Positions 14,601 through 28,595 of a stretch of 64,000 nucleotides of DNA are shown here, piece by piece (within the stretch, counting starts at the first letter, position 1; every line of letters starts with the position of its first letter). The stretch comes from Octopus vulgaris. Lineage: Eukaryota. The notes below the pieces were generated by a model. That model did not search any database. It was given only the letters and a program-made list of their open reading frames with translations, and was not told the origin of the DNA. The position numbers were made by a program, and so were the translations under genes. Where the stretch lies: positions 20,956,001 to 21,020,000 of the forward strand of contig OX597814.1 of assembly GCA_951406725.2 (NCBI GenBank), given 5' to 3'.

Positions 14601-17600
14601 GAAAGGCAAAGTTGACCTCGGCGGAATTTGAACCTAGAACGTAATGGTAGACGAAATACCGCTAAGCATTTCGCCCGGCATGCTAACATTTCTGCCAGCT
14701 CACCACCTTACAAGCAAAGTGTAATGGGGAAGAAATGTGCATCTAGCAATCTAACCAACCACTGCTGGATGATTTTTGTCTGCTCCCAATATATGCTGTT
14801 TTAAAACGCAGTATGGGATCTTTGTGGTTATCGGCACTATCTACAATTTTGTTCCAATTGTTTTCAAATTTGGCATGTGGATTAAGTTTTGTATACTAAA
14901 TATGAAAATGAAGTGACATCAAGGGTTGCAAGCAGTTTATATTTTGGATGGGGTGGCTATATTAATGTTTTCTATGTGACCATTAGACTACAGACCTTCC
15001 TGGATGAATTGTTTTATAAAGTTGATACAGATCAGGGATCGCCAAAGTGGTCGATATCAACCCCTGGGGATTGATGGGATTATTCATGGGGTCGATAAAT
15101 GCACATCTACTTGATTATTATTATCATTATTTATTTATTTTCTTGTAAATGCCTAAGGGTCAATGAGGGGTCAAGGATTCCATGAAGGAGTCGATGGTCT
15201 TAATAGTTTGGGGACCCCTGATATAGATGTAAGATATTGATATCATATAAAAAAAAAAAATGGTATTATATATGGGTAACACAGTTTGGTTACTGGAATT
15301 GAATTATGTATTCTAATTTTATTTTATACCTGCATAGGATAGTAACCTCCAGCAAAAGGGTTGTGGCATGATGTTTGATCAGATCCCAAATCCACAAGTA
15401 ATTCACCAGTGTTTTCATATTCCGTAATCAAACGATCCCTAAATAGATGAAACACAACATATGAATTATAAATATAATAATTATAGTAATTTCCCTGAAA
15501 TATATATAAACTTCTCCATAATAAAACTGAGTCGAAAAGATTTTTGAATAATTTATTCAGTTTACATAGGCCAAGAGGGGATGAAATTCTTAGTATCAAC
15601 CACTTTGTCAGGAATAGGGCATTCTTTCGTTATGAGTACTATTTACGTCAAAAATGAAGCACGTGCTTTTGTTTACATTTGAAGAAGATCGTCACTTTCT
15701 GTAAAATTTTTATTTTTTTATAAATGTGGGGTGGGGGAAGGGTATCTTTTCAAGTGGGCGTAAAAGCCAAACAGATAGAGCGCGATTGGATCGGGGAAGT
15801 TCTTTTGAAGTTGGCGTTCCGTCTGTGTTTGTATGTGTGTGTGTGTGTGTGTGCATGTTCGTTCCTCTGTGTGTTATTTCTACATTCCACAACATATAAA
15901 TTTTTAAAAAACCCAGAACATTTCCCCCCAACCCCATATGTAAAAAAATAAAAGCTTTTTACGAAAATCGACGATCATCTTCACAAATGTAAATAAACAC
16001 ACGTGGTTTGTAACGAGCAGTCGTGTGTTCTTGTAACGAAAGATCGCCCCTTTGATCTATAGGCAAGAATTTATACATCTTTATCGATCAAAGTTCATAT
16101 CTATTACACTTAATGATATATAAAAATCTGAGTTATCAACATGTCAGAATATTTGCTTAATGTCAGTAAAATCAATGTGCTGGATTAGTCTCTACATGAC
16201 CTTTAGTTTAAATTTTCTTACACTTATTCACTAATGATCATTATCTTAGTATGTCTGACTGACAAACAAAAGATTATTCTTACTTCATCGTCTGACGGTT
16301 TGTAGGATGAAGGCCTTCAGGTTGAAAAACAATAGAAAAATATGTTACACCTATCCAAACATGAAGCTATTTGAATGGTTATGTATTATTAATTTTAGGC
16401 TTACTTTAGCTCCTTTATAAATAACTTTGGTAACCCTAATAAATCTTCCATTAACTGTTAACTTGCACCTGACCTTGATAATGCACAAAATACTCAATAA
16501 AGTTTGTTTTTAATCTACATTGATAAATAAGAAATACGATGACTAAGTCCAGCTTCTGTGATAATCTCAACAGGAATTCAGAACATATACTGCCTTGTTA
16601 TTGATCTGAAATTACATCTAAAGAAATATGAACATTATTTTGGGTGAATTCAACAAAGTGATATTTTTTGCACTTTAAATATTTATAAATATTACCATAA
16701 ATCCACAACATTTCCATGGTAACCAATACTTGTTGGTTTTTTCTCTTTCCGACCAGTTCGAATCAATTCAACACAATGATCTAAATTGGCAGCAATCTTC
16801 AATAACCAACCTTGCTTATAACGTTTAATCAAGGCATTTTTATCAACCTGTAAATACATAAGGCAGTTAATTATCATTATTGTTGTTGTTGTTGTTGCTG
16901 TTGTTGTTGTTGTTGTAAATTATTATTATTGCTATTATCCAATTGATTTGCATTTTTTAAAATCTTCCAGCCAGGTCTCAACCAGAGACATAAGGCACGT
17001 ATATAGTAGATGGAAAGAAACTTCCTGAGAATGTGAGCGGTTGATGTCAACATAATTTTTTGTGTCTCATAGATTGTTGGTTTCCCAGGGATCTGGCCAA
17101 AAAAATTTGTCATTATCCTTCTTCATCATTCCCAGGGTTTTTAATTGCCACATCCTGGATATCTCAATCTCAAGGTCCTTATATTTTGATAGATTTTTAA
17201 ATTCCTTTGCTGAGATGTTTCTATCAGTAGGCATTGTCATATCAATTAACAGGTATGTTTTTTAGGTCTTTGATGACAATGTCTGGTCCATTAACATTTA
17301 TTTCCCTGTCTGTATGTATCCCATAATCCCATAGGATGGTAACATTCTCTCCCTCAGTGACTGGCTCTGGGTGGTGTTCATGCCAGTTTTTAGGATGCAG
17401 GATATATTAGTGATGGCAAAGGCTCCCAGTGCAAGAATTGGCCAACTCGATCACGTCTGGTTTTATATTCCATAATGGCAAGGACTGGGCAACCAGCAAC
17501 AATGTGGTCAATTCTCTCCAGTCTGTCATTGCAGAGTCTACACTTTGTGTCTATGTGTCTGTTTGTGTGTGATTATTATCATTATTACTGAGTGAGAGAG

Positions 17601-18118
17601 TAGTGCATGCCATCAAAGTGACACTGGGGTGAAATATACAAAGCCCAGTATACCCATCATGACAACCCATCTGATAAGGGTACACTAGGCACATGCATCA
17701 CAGCCATACGCATGCAACATAGTGATCTTGTATCAAGATAAATAGTGCATGACCTTGCAGGTGGAGTCCAGTTAGTATTTTCTTCAGGTCGAATAGCCCA
17801 TCCTGCTCAAAAGGTCCCTGAATAAGGGTTTTTTAAGGATGATGAACAAAGCACCCATGTTTCCAAAGGTGAATTATCCAAACTCCAAAGAATTCCTCTC
17901 AACAGATAGTTATGATGGTCCCTCACTACTTTTGCTTGTGATTAGAGATGCACATATCGTCAGCCACTAAGGGACATGCTCAACTAGTTAAGGTCAAGCA
18001 ACTGACAAGCAAATTTGCAGTATTGAGCAGAATATTTTATGCCAAGACAAAATAATGTACAGGATAACACTTCTAATCAATTAAGATCAGAAGCTACAAG
18101 AGCCACTGCCTGGTACTG

Positions 18119-18169
<51 letters not shown>

Positions 18170-21100
18170 AATCAAATAGTGGAATTTGGATAAATTAATA
18201 AAAAAAAGAAAGAAGCAATCAATAAGTTGAAATTAAATAAATAACAATCTGTGCTTGGGGAAAAATTGAATTACCTAATTGATACATGTTAATTTTTTAC
18301 AGACCATCCAGTGGTAGAAACCATGATGAAACAGACAATGGAGTCTGGTACTCTTCCTAACCTTGTCAGTCTGCATCAAATAGTCCAACTCATGCCAGCA
18401 TGGAAAATGGACGTTAAATGGTGATAACGACACATTTCAATATTTCATAATCCAATTCAAACTTTCAACCCTAGACTTGACAATTGCTTCAAATTTTGGC
18501 ACAAGGCCAGGCATTTTTGAGAGAGTATACACTTGCATCAGAAATTAATTAGCACTTCTCAAATTTCTACATTAAATAGGTTAAATCAATTAACCTATGA
18601 GCTGTTCAAAACGTCTTACGCGATGAGAAAACTTAGTATGGTGTGATTTCGGTCCTTGCGAGGCGCTACCTATATCTATTAAACAAAGGAAGATTTGTCT
18701 GCATCCGCACTCCAAGTTGTTGTTGCACTGCTATGTCAACATCATAAGGCTGTAGACTCTCAAACTGCTCTGCAAACAAAGTTACGTCATCGTTCTGCAC
18801 AACAGTGAACTCGCAACAAAGCAATAGTTCGAGATATGGCCACTAGGTGACAGCACATACCTTGAGTGAAGAGCAAATCAAGGGTGCTAATTAATTTCTG
18901 ACGGTAGTGTATGTCAATTACACTAAACCCAGTGCATGACTGGTACTTATTTTATTGACCCATCCTAAACTAGATAATGACATCCAGAATGATATTTACA
19001 GATAAATCATTTCAAATTCTCTTTTTAACATCTATCCTGTTATCTTTCACTTCAACTCATAAGCAATAGGATTTTCAGTAACAATATAAAGTAGAAATTG
19101 CATGTTTTTCTGTTACTTAAAAAGTGCAAGATTATGCTGGGTTAAATAATTGGGAAACACATAAGAAAAATTCATAAAATTGCTATTGTTTAGTACAAGA
19201 TCAGCCTGGATGAATAAACTTATGATAAAAGGTAATTCTAGCTTTGACTAAACCATCTCTTTAGAGTACAAATCATCTATATTTTACTTGTTTCAGTAAT
19301 TGAACTGCAGCCATGCTAGGGCACTACCTCTAAAGGTTTAGTTGAACAATTGACCCAGGACTTTAAAAATTTTTTTATTGGCCTCTTTTGCCAAACTGCT
19401 AAGTTATGGTGAGTAGATTGTTGTGACGCCATTTTGGAAGTTTTCAGTGCACATGGGTAGAGTTGGATTCTTCCGGGAGGCCTGCCAGAAGTTCCCTCAT
19501 GTGCATGCGCAGAGGACTAGCAGCAGCAAAACTTCCCATGTATCAACCTCTCTCGAAGGCTGACAGTGAACAGAACGGACGCGTTCTCACATCTCTCCCA
19601 AGCTGCCAACATGTAGCGAAGCTACACTATGCTGGAACAAGACAGCATTTGGTTCACACCATCTAACTATAGCGACTAGCTCCATGGCTACCAATTTGCC
19701 CTGAAGGAAATATATATTATTGCAAATCCAGGAAATAAAATTATTTATGCTGTTTGAAGATATTTGAAGTCTTGGCTTTTCCTTCGATGAATAATTTAAT
19801 GTAAGGGATGAGACCTGCACCCTTCAAGTGTTACAGACTTTTCATCCTTGTTACAAGACAAATCAATACCAGTTGACAAGAAGTGGTTAGACAAATGCAA
19901 ACATAATACAAATACCATACTGTGTTTAATAATAGCATCAATACCATATTGAGACACAAATTACACAATTAGAAGGCCAGCTATTGATCGCTGTGAGACA
20001 CATCATTAACATTTGAAGTTGATTGTAAGAGTTAAAGTTTGAATTATGATATACCTACCTCAGCTACAACTCCAACACAACCTGCAATAACTGCTGCTTT
20101 TGCCTGTGCCCCACTCATGCCTCCCAAGCCTGATGTGACAAATACCTGTTGGAAATAGTAATAGTCATAATATATAACATGTAATAATAGTAATCGCTAT
20201 ACTTAAGGATGGCCATATTTTGCCAATTAAAAACACACACTATATATTTGGTCTTCACTTCAACTTTATTATTATTATTTCAGTTTGTTTGTCAAAGTTC
20301 TTTCATCATGCATCCTGTGACTTCTACAGTGACTGTCTATCACATAAGCAGAATGAGAGGAGACACATGGGATAGAGAGTTGCTGTAGAGGTCACAGGAC
20401 ACATGATGAAAGAACTTTGGCAAAAATCTAAAATAATAAAAATAATGTTGAAGTGAAGACCAAAAACCCAGTGTGTGTGTTTAATTGGCAAAAATATGAC
20501 CATCTCCAAGTATAACTATATTTGTTTTAACACACAATTTCACATCAAGAATCTGGCAAAACAAATACATAAATATAATAATAATAGTAATCGTTTTTAC
20601 CATAGGCACAAGACCTGAAATTATGAGAGAGGGCACTAGTTGAGTATATTGAAGTTAGTGCACAACTGGTACTTATTTTATTGACCTTGAAAGGATGAAA
20701 GGCAAAGTCAGCCTCAGTAGAATTTGAACTCAGAACACTAAGTTGAAAGAAATGCCATTAAGCGTTTTGTCTGGCATGTTAATGATTCTGCCAGCTTGCC
20801 TACTTGTAGTTATAACAATACCATCTGACAAAAATCTACCTGACAAGGAATATGATAAACTTGGCAAGTATAAATTCAGAAAATCGTACTACACGATATG
20901 GATCGCATTCTTTTAAGTTCTTGTCCTTGTAAATTATATTCTCAAAATATATGAGACTGTGGTACACAGTGTTGCAGAATGTCCCAAGTTGGTGTAGGGG
21001 GAATATAAGAAATGGAGACACGACCAAGTTGTGAAAGTTTTACACTGGAAACTTTATCAGAAATAGGGATTTGAAGCTGGAGGTACATAGTATAATTATC

Positions 21101-23018
21101 GAGTCAAAAGACTGCTGGAATCAGAGAAATGCAAAATTTTATGGGGTTTTCTTATTCAAATGGATAAGAAGCTCGAAAATAGCAGACTAGACAAAACAAT
21201 AATAGATAAAGAAAAGCTATTGATGACTTGTAGAGTTATATTGAACAGCTGTTGTTACTATCAGAATTATCCAATTAAAAACTGAAGCCATCATGAGGGT
21301 CACTGCTCCACCTTCATTTCACAAGCAATTTTCCTCTGCTTTGTGACAATGGAGAAAGTGATAGAATTTTGGTCAGAACTAAAGAAACTGAATATAAACA
21401 CTTTCCTCTTTGTCCAAGTTCTCATCATCTTCTTGAAGTTCAGCTTGGAAAGAATGATGAAGGAGGTTCTGCCATTTAATAAATTTGCTAAAAAGTGATG
21501 AAAACAATGATAATAACTTGGGTGAATGGACCAGCTTTGGGCATTTCCCTTCTTTTAGTATGTACCTACTTTCAACATATGCCTGTAGGCCAATGGATGT
21601 AGCTGGGAGAGTACACTAGCTTGTAGCAATGATGGCAAAGTGTTTAGTATATGTTCTGGGAAGTGAGACAGTAAGGATAATGGAGGTGGTTTATTACTAT
21701 CTACTTCAGATGAAGAAAAGGTATTGTAGTACTAAAATATAAGGTAGAGATAATAAAAATGTGTGAGTTAGGAGTGGTAGTATGTTGATTTCAATTGATA
21801 ATCAAGCAAATTATCTTTTTTTTATGTTGGGATGTGTTCTGGGACATTTGTATCTGTAGCAACACAGTAATATATTCCTGAATTATTTCATCTGATAACT
21901 CAGCTTATATTTGCATAATTAATCTTGTGACATTGAAGATAGATAACCCCAAGATATAGAACCAAAATATTAGGGAATTTAATATGATATGGGCTGAGGT
22001 TTGAATGCTAATTAAATTTATCAGCTAATAATTCAATCATTTATCTTGAAGGGTTTGGTGTTCAGTTGATTCAAGCAGAATTTGAATTCAAAATTATGAA
22101 GGTACTGGTTAATACATATGTTTGGACGATATTTATAACACAAAGAGACATCAGCAATTATTGTTATCATGGTAATGCCATAGTAAGAAAAGTGAATACA
22201 GTAATTCCTCGACTATCGCAGGTGTTACATTCCAAACCCCACCGCGATAGGTGAAAATTCACAAAGTAGAAACAGTACTATATATTTTTTATTATTTTTA
22301 TAATTTGTATATATTTATTTTATTATAAATACATGGAGAAATTGACATAAGCTTAAATAATAAACCGTGATATTGTGAGGGATTATTGTATATTGAAATC
22401 TTACCTTTCCAGAAAGATCATCAGTTTTTAAATACATACGAGCAGCATTGAGTAATGTCAGCTAAAACAAGAAGATTTAAATGAAAGACCATATATTAAG
22501 AAATTTTTAAAGAAATTGAATGAATGAGAATCATAACACTGTGTAACATGATTTTTGTCTTTGGATAGCAACTGTTATTTCCTATTTGTTTATCTCTTTA
22601 AAGTATGAAAAATAACTAATATTTCCTTCAAACTTTGCTTTTGTTACATTTATTCAAGCCTCAAAGAATCCCTCTCAAAACACAGCTATGATGCTCCACC
22701 ACTACTCCTGCTCATGATCAGAGATGCACATATTGTCAGCCACTAAAGGGTATGCTCAAGTGGTTGAAATCAAGCAATTAACAAGCAGATCTGTGGTATT
22801 GAGCAGAATGTTCATTATAACGATATTTCTGCTTCACAGAAAATAGGTCAGTTTTAAAGCATTGATGTCCAGGTCACAAAAGCAAAGTTTGAAGGGAATA
22901 GTCGTAATTTCCTTATTTCTAGATTGAAGTAAATAAGAAATAACACTTACTGATCAAATACAAAAAAATTAATTAATTTTGTTATACAGTGTAATGAAAT
23001 ACATGTAAGAAAGTGATT

Positions 23019-23077
<59 letters not shown>

Positions 23078-24465
23078 TCTACATTGCTGGAGAAAGCTCA
23101 AATCAAGTTAAGATTAAGGTTTTTGCTTTGCTTTTATTTTATCCAGCATGTATAATCATTTAAACCAATAATATGGTTTTCCAGTTTATGCATGAATTAT
23201 AAGTGGGCAGATGAAATTAAATGAAACCAAGGAGCAATTAAAAATTCCAATAGCAATAAGTTGGATACTTTCTGCAAAATTGAAATTTTTTCTTTTTTTA
23301 TTGGAAGAATGCTTTTCCACTGTTGACCATTATCATGGTGAGGAAGAAACTAACATTTGTTGAGCAGTTTGGTTTGGCTGCCAGCATCAGTTTCTGTTTG
23401 ATTTGATTTCATATTCAGTGTAATTATACACTTTTATAGGCTAGTGAATGATGTGAAAATCATTTTTGCTATAAATCAATAAATAAAGAGTTATTAGCAA
23501 TTAAAGTTCAAGAAGTTTGAGTAATTTAGCCAGCGAGAAAGCTGTATTGACAAATATATTCTATACAATGCTATGTGTGGTGATGCTGTGCTCTGTTACT
23601 TGTGCTCATCTGTTGCTTGTGTAATCTGTTGTTTGTACCCTGGTCGAGAAATGTGCTAAAAATAACAGCTAAATACGTCTTAAACCACGCCCCCACCCCA
23701 TTAAAATTTTTTTGCATAATTGTTCGTAATTCCTGTGTGTAGAGTACAAATTTGCAAAAACTTTCTGAAAATTCCAAATTTTAAAAAAGTTATGCGAGGT
23801 TATATGTTATTCGTTAAGCAGAATTTGATTTGTTTGCAGTTTCATATAAAAGCATATTCTATTTTCAGAATGTTGACAACATGTGCAGTCACGCACAAAA
23901 TGACAGCTTCCAAATCCTGTTTCCTGACTGGGTGAAAATGATCAATAACTCTATAACTATTAAAAAACATTTTTCCAGAAAAATGTTTTTTAAATTTAGC
24001 AATTTAGCTTGGAATTTAGCTTGGAAAAGTAAATTAATGTGCCAAATTTTAAAATTTTCAATAAATTTTAATTTTTGAAATACTGGTAGCCAAATCAACT
24101 AGATCCAGGAGTAGGCTGTAATTAATTAACAGTTAAGATAAAATAATCTAGTGATACTTACTGTTGTACCATGTACAATTCCTTGAGGGCCAATATAGCA
24201 ATAACTCCCGGCAGTCATTTGTCCATACCTTGGAAAAAGTATAAATAATACTTTATTGTTGGTGAGTGCATGGTGAGTTGCCACCTTCACAGATGGCTGG
24301 GTTTTTCACTCAGTAAGTTGGGTAGAGTGGATGTATATATTTATTATATTAAAGATTGACATTCTACTTTGAGTTTGTTCATTGTTGTTCATGACTGGAC
24401 AATTTTGAATAACCAGTGACAGCTAACATTTGATGTGTGTGAGTGTGTGTGTGTATAGTGAGGAG

Positions 24466-24544
<79 letters not shown>

Positions 24545-27500
24545 TGAGGGAGTTGGTAGAAATTTCACTTAGAGTACCCAACACAAGCTATGGACATACA
24601 AGGGGTGCAAAGAAATCATAGGTAGGCTGACAAGAGAAAGATTTTGCATATGGTAGCTGAGCAGGAGCAATATACATGGGCCGCGCTTGAGAAATAGATT
24701 TTCTCAAGTGGTCAGGAGAATCCCTAGTGGATCATACACATGATTAAAAGATCAGTTTACTTGTTTATTTCTCACATTAATATTCATAATATTCGAAATA
24801 CTCTTTTTCTATACATATTTTGACAAAATTTTGTTTTGTGATTGGATAGAGTGGATGGATATATTTATCATTTTAAAGATTGACATTCCACTTTGAGTTT
24901 GTTCTTTGTTGTTTATGACTGGACAATTTTGAATTGCCAAGACTTGGACTTCATTTAATGTGGCCTTCAAAAATATAAAGGAATCACACCTCAGTAGTAG
25001 GGTGCTTATTGAGAGATATTTGGCTGCTATTTGTTGTGAATTAAGCAACTATGTAGAGTCTTGCATTAATTCAGGCTTTTTAGAGAGCATAGAAATTGAT
25101 ACTGCATCAGATATGTTCAGGTATTTTCCTGAAAATGAACAGAATAGAAAAGATACTCACATTGTCACTCCTAAAGCAAATAGTTTGTCATATATTTCTT
25201 TGCTTGAATAATTTGGGATCATCTAATAGGGATAGAAAGAAAACGTTAAGTTAAAATTTACAAGTGCATAATAAATTTTTTAAATACACCAAGTAAAATA
25301 TGTTTTTGCAACACTGTTGGAACATTGGTATTCTGTGGAAATAACGAAGGGTCATGTATTAGATATATCTGCTCTAGTTGTAAACTCTTTCAGTGGTTAT
25401 ATGACCATTATTTCTTACAATATCCTACTTCTGTTTTTCTGCTAATTTTGTAAAATAATCAAAGTTTTAGCAGGACACAAAAATGACTTGATTTTTATCA
25501 TTGAGCAGATATTTGGAACATATCTTAACAAAAATCTTTTTTTTACATAGCATTATGATGAAAGGTTATAATTTTTATGCTTTAAAATGTGAGGTATTGT
25601 ATTGGAGAATTTGAGGCAATCACAGGTAGGTTTATATCAAAGGGGCTAAATATAGACTATGAATGTTGAGTTGAAACCTAATGTTTCTTTCTATGATTTA
25701 GCTATAGTATTTCATTTGTTTAAGTTCTTTTCATATATGAGGTGTTTTGTAATAGAGTGCCATATGTGCCACCCTGGCCATTTTCAAGGTTAGTATATCA
25801 TTTTCTTTATTTCAACGTCTAGAATCTGAAAAAGTTGGGAGGAAGAACCAATGAGGCTTGCAATAAGGTTGAAAATCTGGCTGAAAAAAATTGTATCTCG
25901 ATGCTATTGACAAGGTGCTTGCTCACCCAAACTCAGACCAGAGAGCTTAGTAACACACCATCGTAAGTACAGGCACTCAATCAATAATTTTGGTGTGGTC
26001 CCTGTATCGTTTTTCAAGGTGTTATGGCTCATTTTCTAATATTTCTTGTTACCATCGTAATGATAATAGGCTATTATCTTACTATCTTGTCATACTTATC
26101 TCTTAAAGATACCTTGATATATTAACAAACAAACAATACCTTTGGGTGGGGGTTTCTGTATGGTTTTTCTAGGTATTATGGCTCAAATTTACCAGTACTA
26201 TGAAACACCGTTTCATAGTAGTGGTATATTCTACAAAATGAGAAAGATTTATTTACATTTGACGGGTATTTGTCCTCATATGATGAAGGCTGGAGAGTAT
26301 TTCAGTCAAAACGTTGTGTTAACAACAAACAAGACGTCAAATGTAAATAATGTAAATAATGCACATAATTCCTCATCTCTTAAATATAGAACTGCAAAAT
26401 GAGAAAGACACAATCATTGTTTCAGCTGCATACATAAATAAATAATTATTCAAAGATGGGATGATTAGAGGAAGTCTTCACAGTCATTTTAAGACTAAAA
26501 CCAGCTTCCTAACTTCATTCCTTGTAGAGATATCACATTCTGAAAGTTGCGAAACTTTAACTGCATTTTTCTCGGTTTTTAAGTTGTGGCACTTACGATG
26601 GTCTGTTATTAAATGCCTCAAATGGTCTAATTATACAGTTTGAGAGAAGTAATGGATGTTGGATTATTTGGAAGTTAAGAAAAATCGAGAAAGATATAGA
26701 ACCTTCTTATGGAAACAAATATGCAAAAGAAATAGGAAGAGAATTAGTACACCATCATCATTTAACATCCAGGCATAGGTTGGATGGTCCAACAGGAACT
26801 GAAAAGTCAGAAGACTTCACAATCCCTGCTGATTGCTTTGGTATGGTTTCTATGGTTGGTTGCCCTTAATACCAAACACTTTATAGAGTGTAGTGAGTGC
26901 TTTTACGTGGCACCAGCAGCAGTGAAGTCACCAAGTAACTTGTATGACTAACCCCTCAATTGAGGGTGGTTGGGTAGTATTGAGAGACAGAAAAGGGAGT
27001 CTTGCACTAGACAGGAAACATTGCTACCTCAGGCGGGGTGGGGAGTGGGAAGAGAGGAGGAAATATGCTTTGGAGAAGAGATTCAATGGGGGAATCTTGT
27101 GTGGAATCTTGTGTGAGGGAAAGTAAGTGAGGAGAAGTGCAGCATTTGGTGAGCAAGGGTGGGAAGGAGGGGGTGTTGGGAAGATGGGTTGTGGGGAAGT
27201 TTGGTTGGGGGATAGATTGTGTGCAGGGGCACATATGATAGCTTCTGAATGTAGAAGCTTTCAGTGATGTTCTGAATATAGAAAGAAATGAAACATAATG
27301 TGTATTATTAAGTGAAGCTTCGTGGATCAAGTGCATGCTGCCTTAATTTTTTTCAAATCTTATTACCTATAATTGCTTCGTTAGTTATTAATTCATCTGT
27401 TCCAAATTTTCATTGAAGAGAAGGAATTGAACTTTTATCAAGAGATTGGTACAACTCTAAATTGTAGCAATGAGGCAAACATATAAATGGCATCTTATTG

Positions 27501-28564
27501 AACCTCAGGTTCCTCAGTTTAAAATAATAAAAAAACTTTTAAATTAATTTATCTCTGTGGATTTCTTACCATTCCATTGGTTATAACCATTCTAGGTGCT
27601 GAATTGTTGCTTGGAAACAATCCCATTGGGTGTCCAGAATACATCACGAGTGTTTGCTCTTCAGTCATATTAGACAAATAATACATAACTAACAGAAACT
27701 ACAAACAGAAAAGAAACACTTTAGTTTCATTGGTTAAATTAATTAAAACTGATAAACATAAGAAAATGGTGTATATCTTGCAGCTTCTTCAGACTTGTTA
27801 GGTATGAACTATTGAAGCACAGCAGATCAAAAAGTGTCACTCTTTCACAGCATTGAGAAAGTTATAGAAAACATTCTCACAGTCTTTATATTTCCTTGTT
27901 TCATTTCACAGAAATGTGATGATTAGTCTTTATAATATAACCTTGAGAACCAAGTACTAAGCAACAACAAGAAGAAGAAGAAGAAGAAGAAGAAGAAGAA
28001 GAAGAAGAAGAAGAAGAAGAAGAAGAACGAAGAAGAAGAAGAAGAAGAAGAAGAAGAAGAAGAAGAAGAAACACCTAAGCTCCATGAGGCTCCGGTGGGG
28101 AGGGGTGGTGAACCCCGCTGTACTCTTTCACCACAACTTTCTCTCACAGAGGAACCCTAGTGTAACCCACTATGGTGTGGTAAACTTTCAGACCCTAGTT
28201 CAGACTGAATCCTCTGTACCCCAGGATGGTTCAGCTCTCCACCTGCTAAACGCCACCATTTACGGAATGAGGATAACAACATAGCTTTTGCACCCGTGCA
28301 ACTGCTAGTCTATTGTGTGTGGTGGGTGGATCTTCAAGTTGTCACACACATTCTTAGTAGCTTTGAGTAGGCTCAAATTAGGGATTATTCTTTGTGGCTA
28401 GTGGTGTGAGTCCTAATTGGAAGAAGAAGAAGAAGAAGAAGAAGAAGAAGAAGAAGAAGAAGAAGAAGAAGAAGAAGAAGAAGAAGAAGAAGAAGAAGAA
28501 GAAGAAGAAGAAGAAGAAGAAGAAGAAGAAGAAGAAGAAGAAGAAGAAGAAGAAGAAGGAGAAG

Positions 28565-28595
<31 letters not shown>

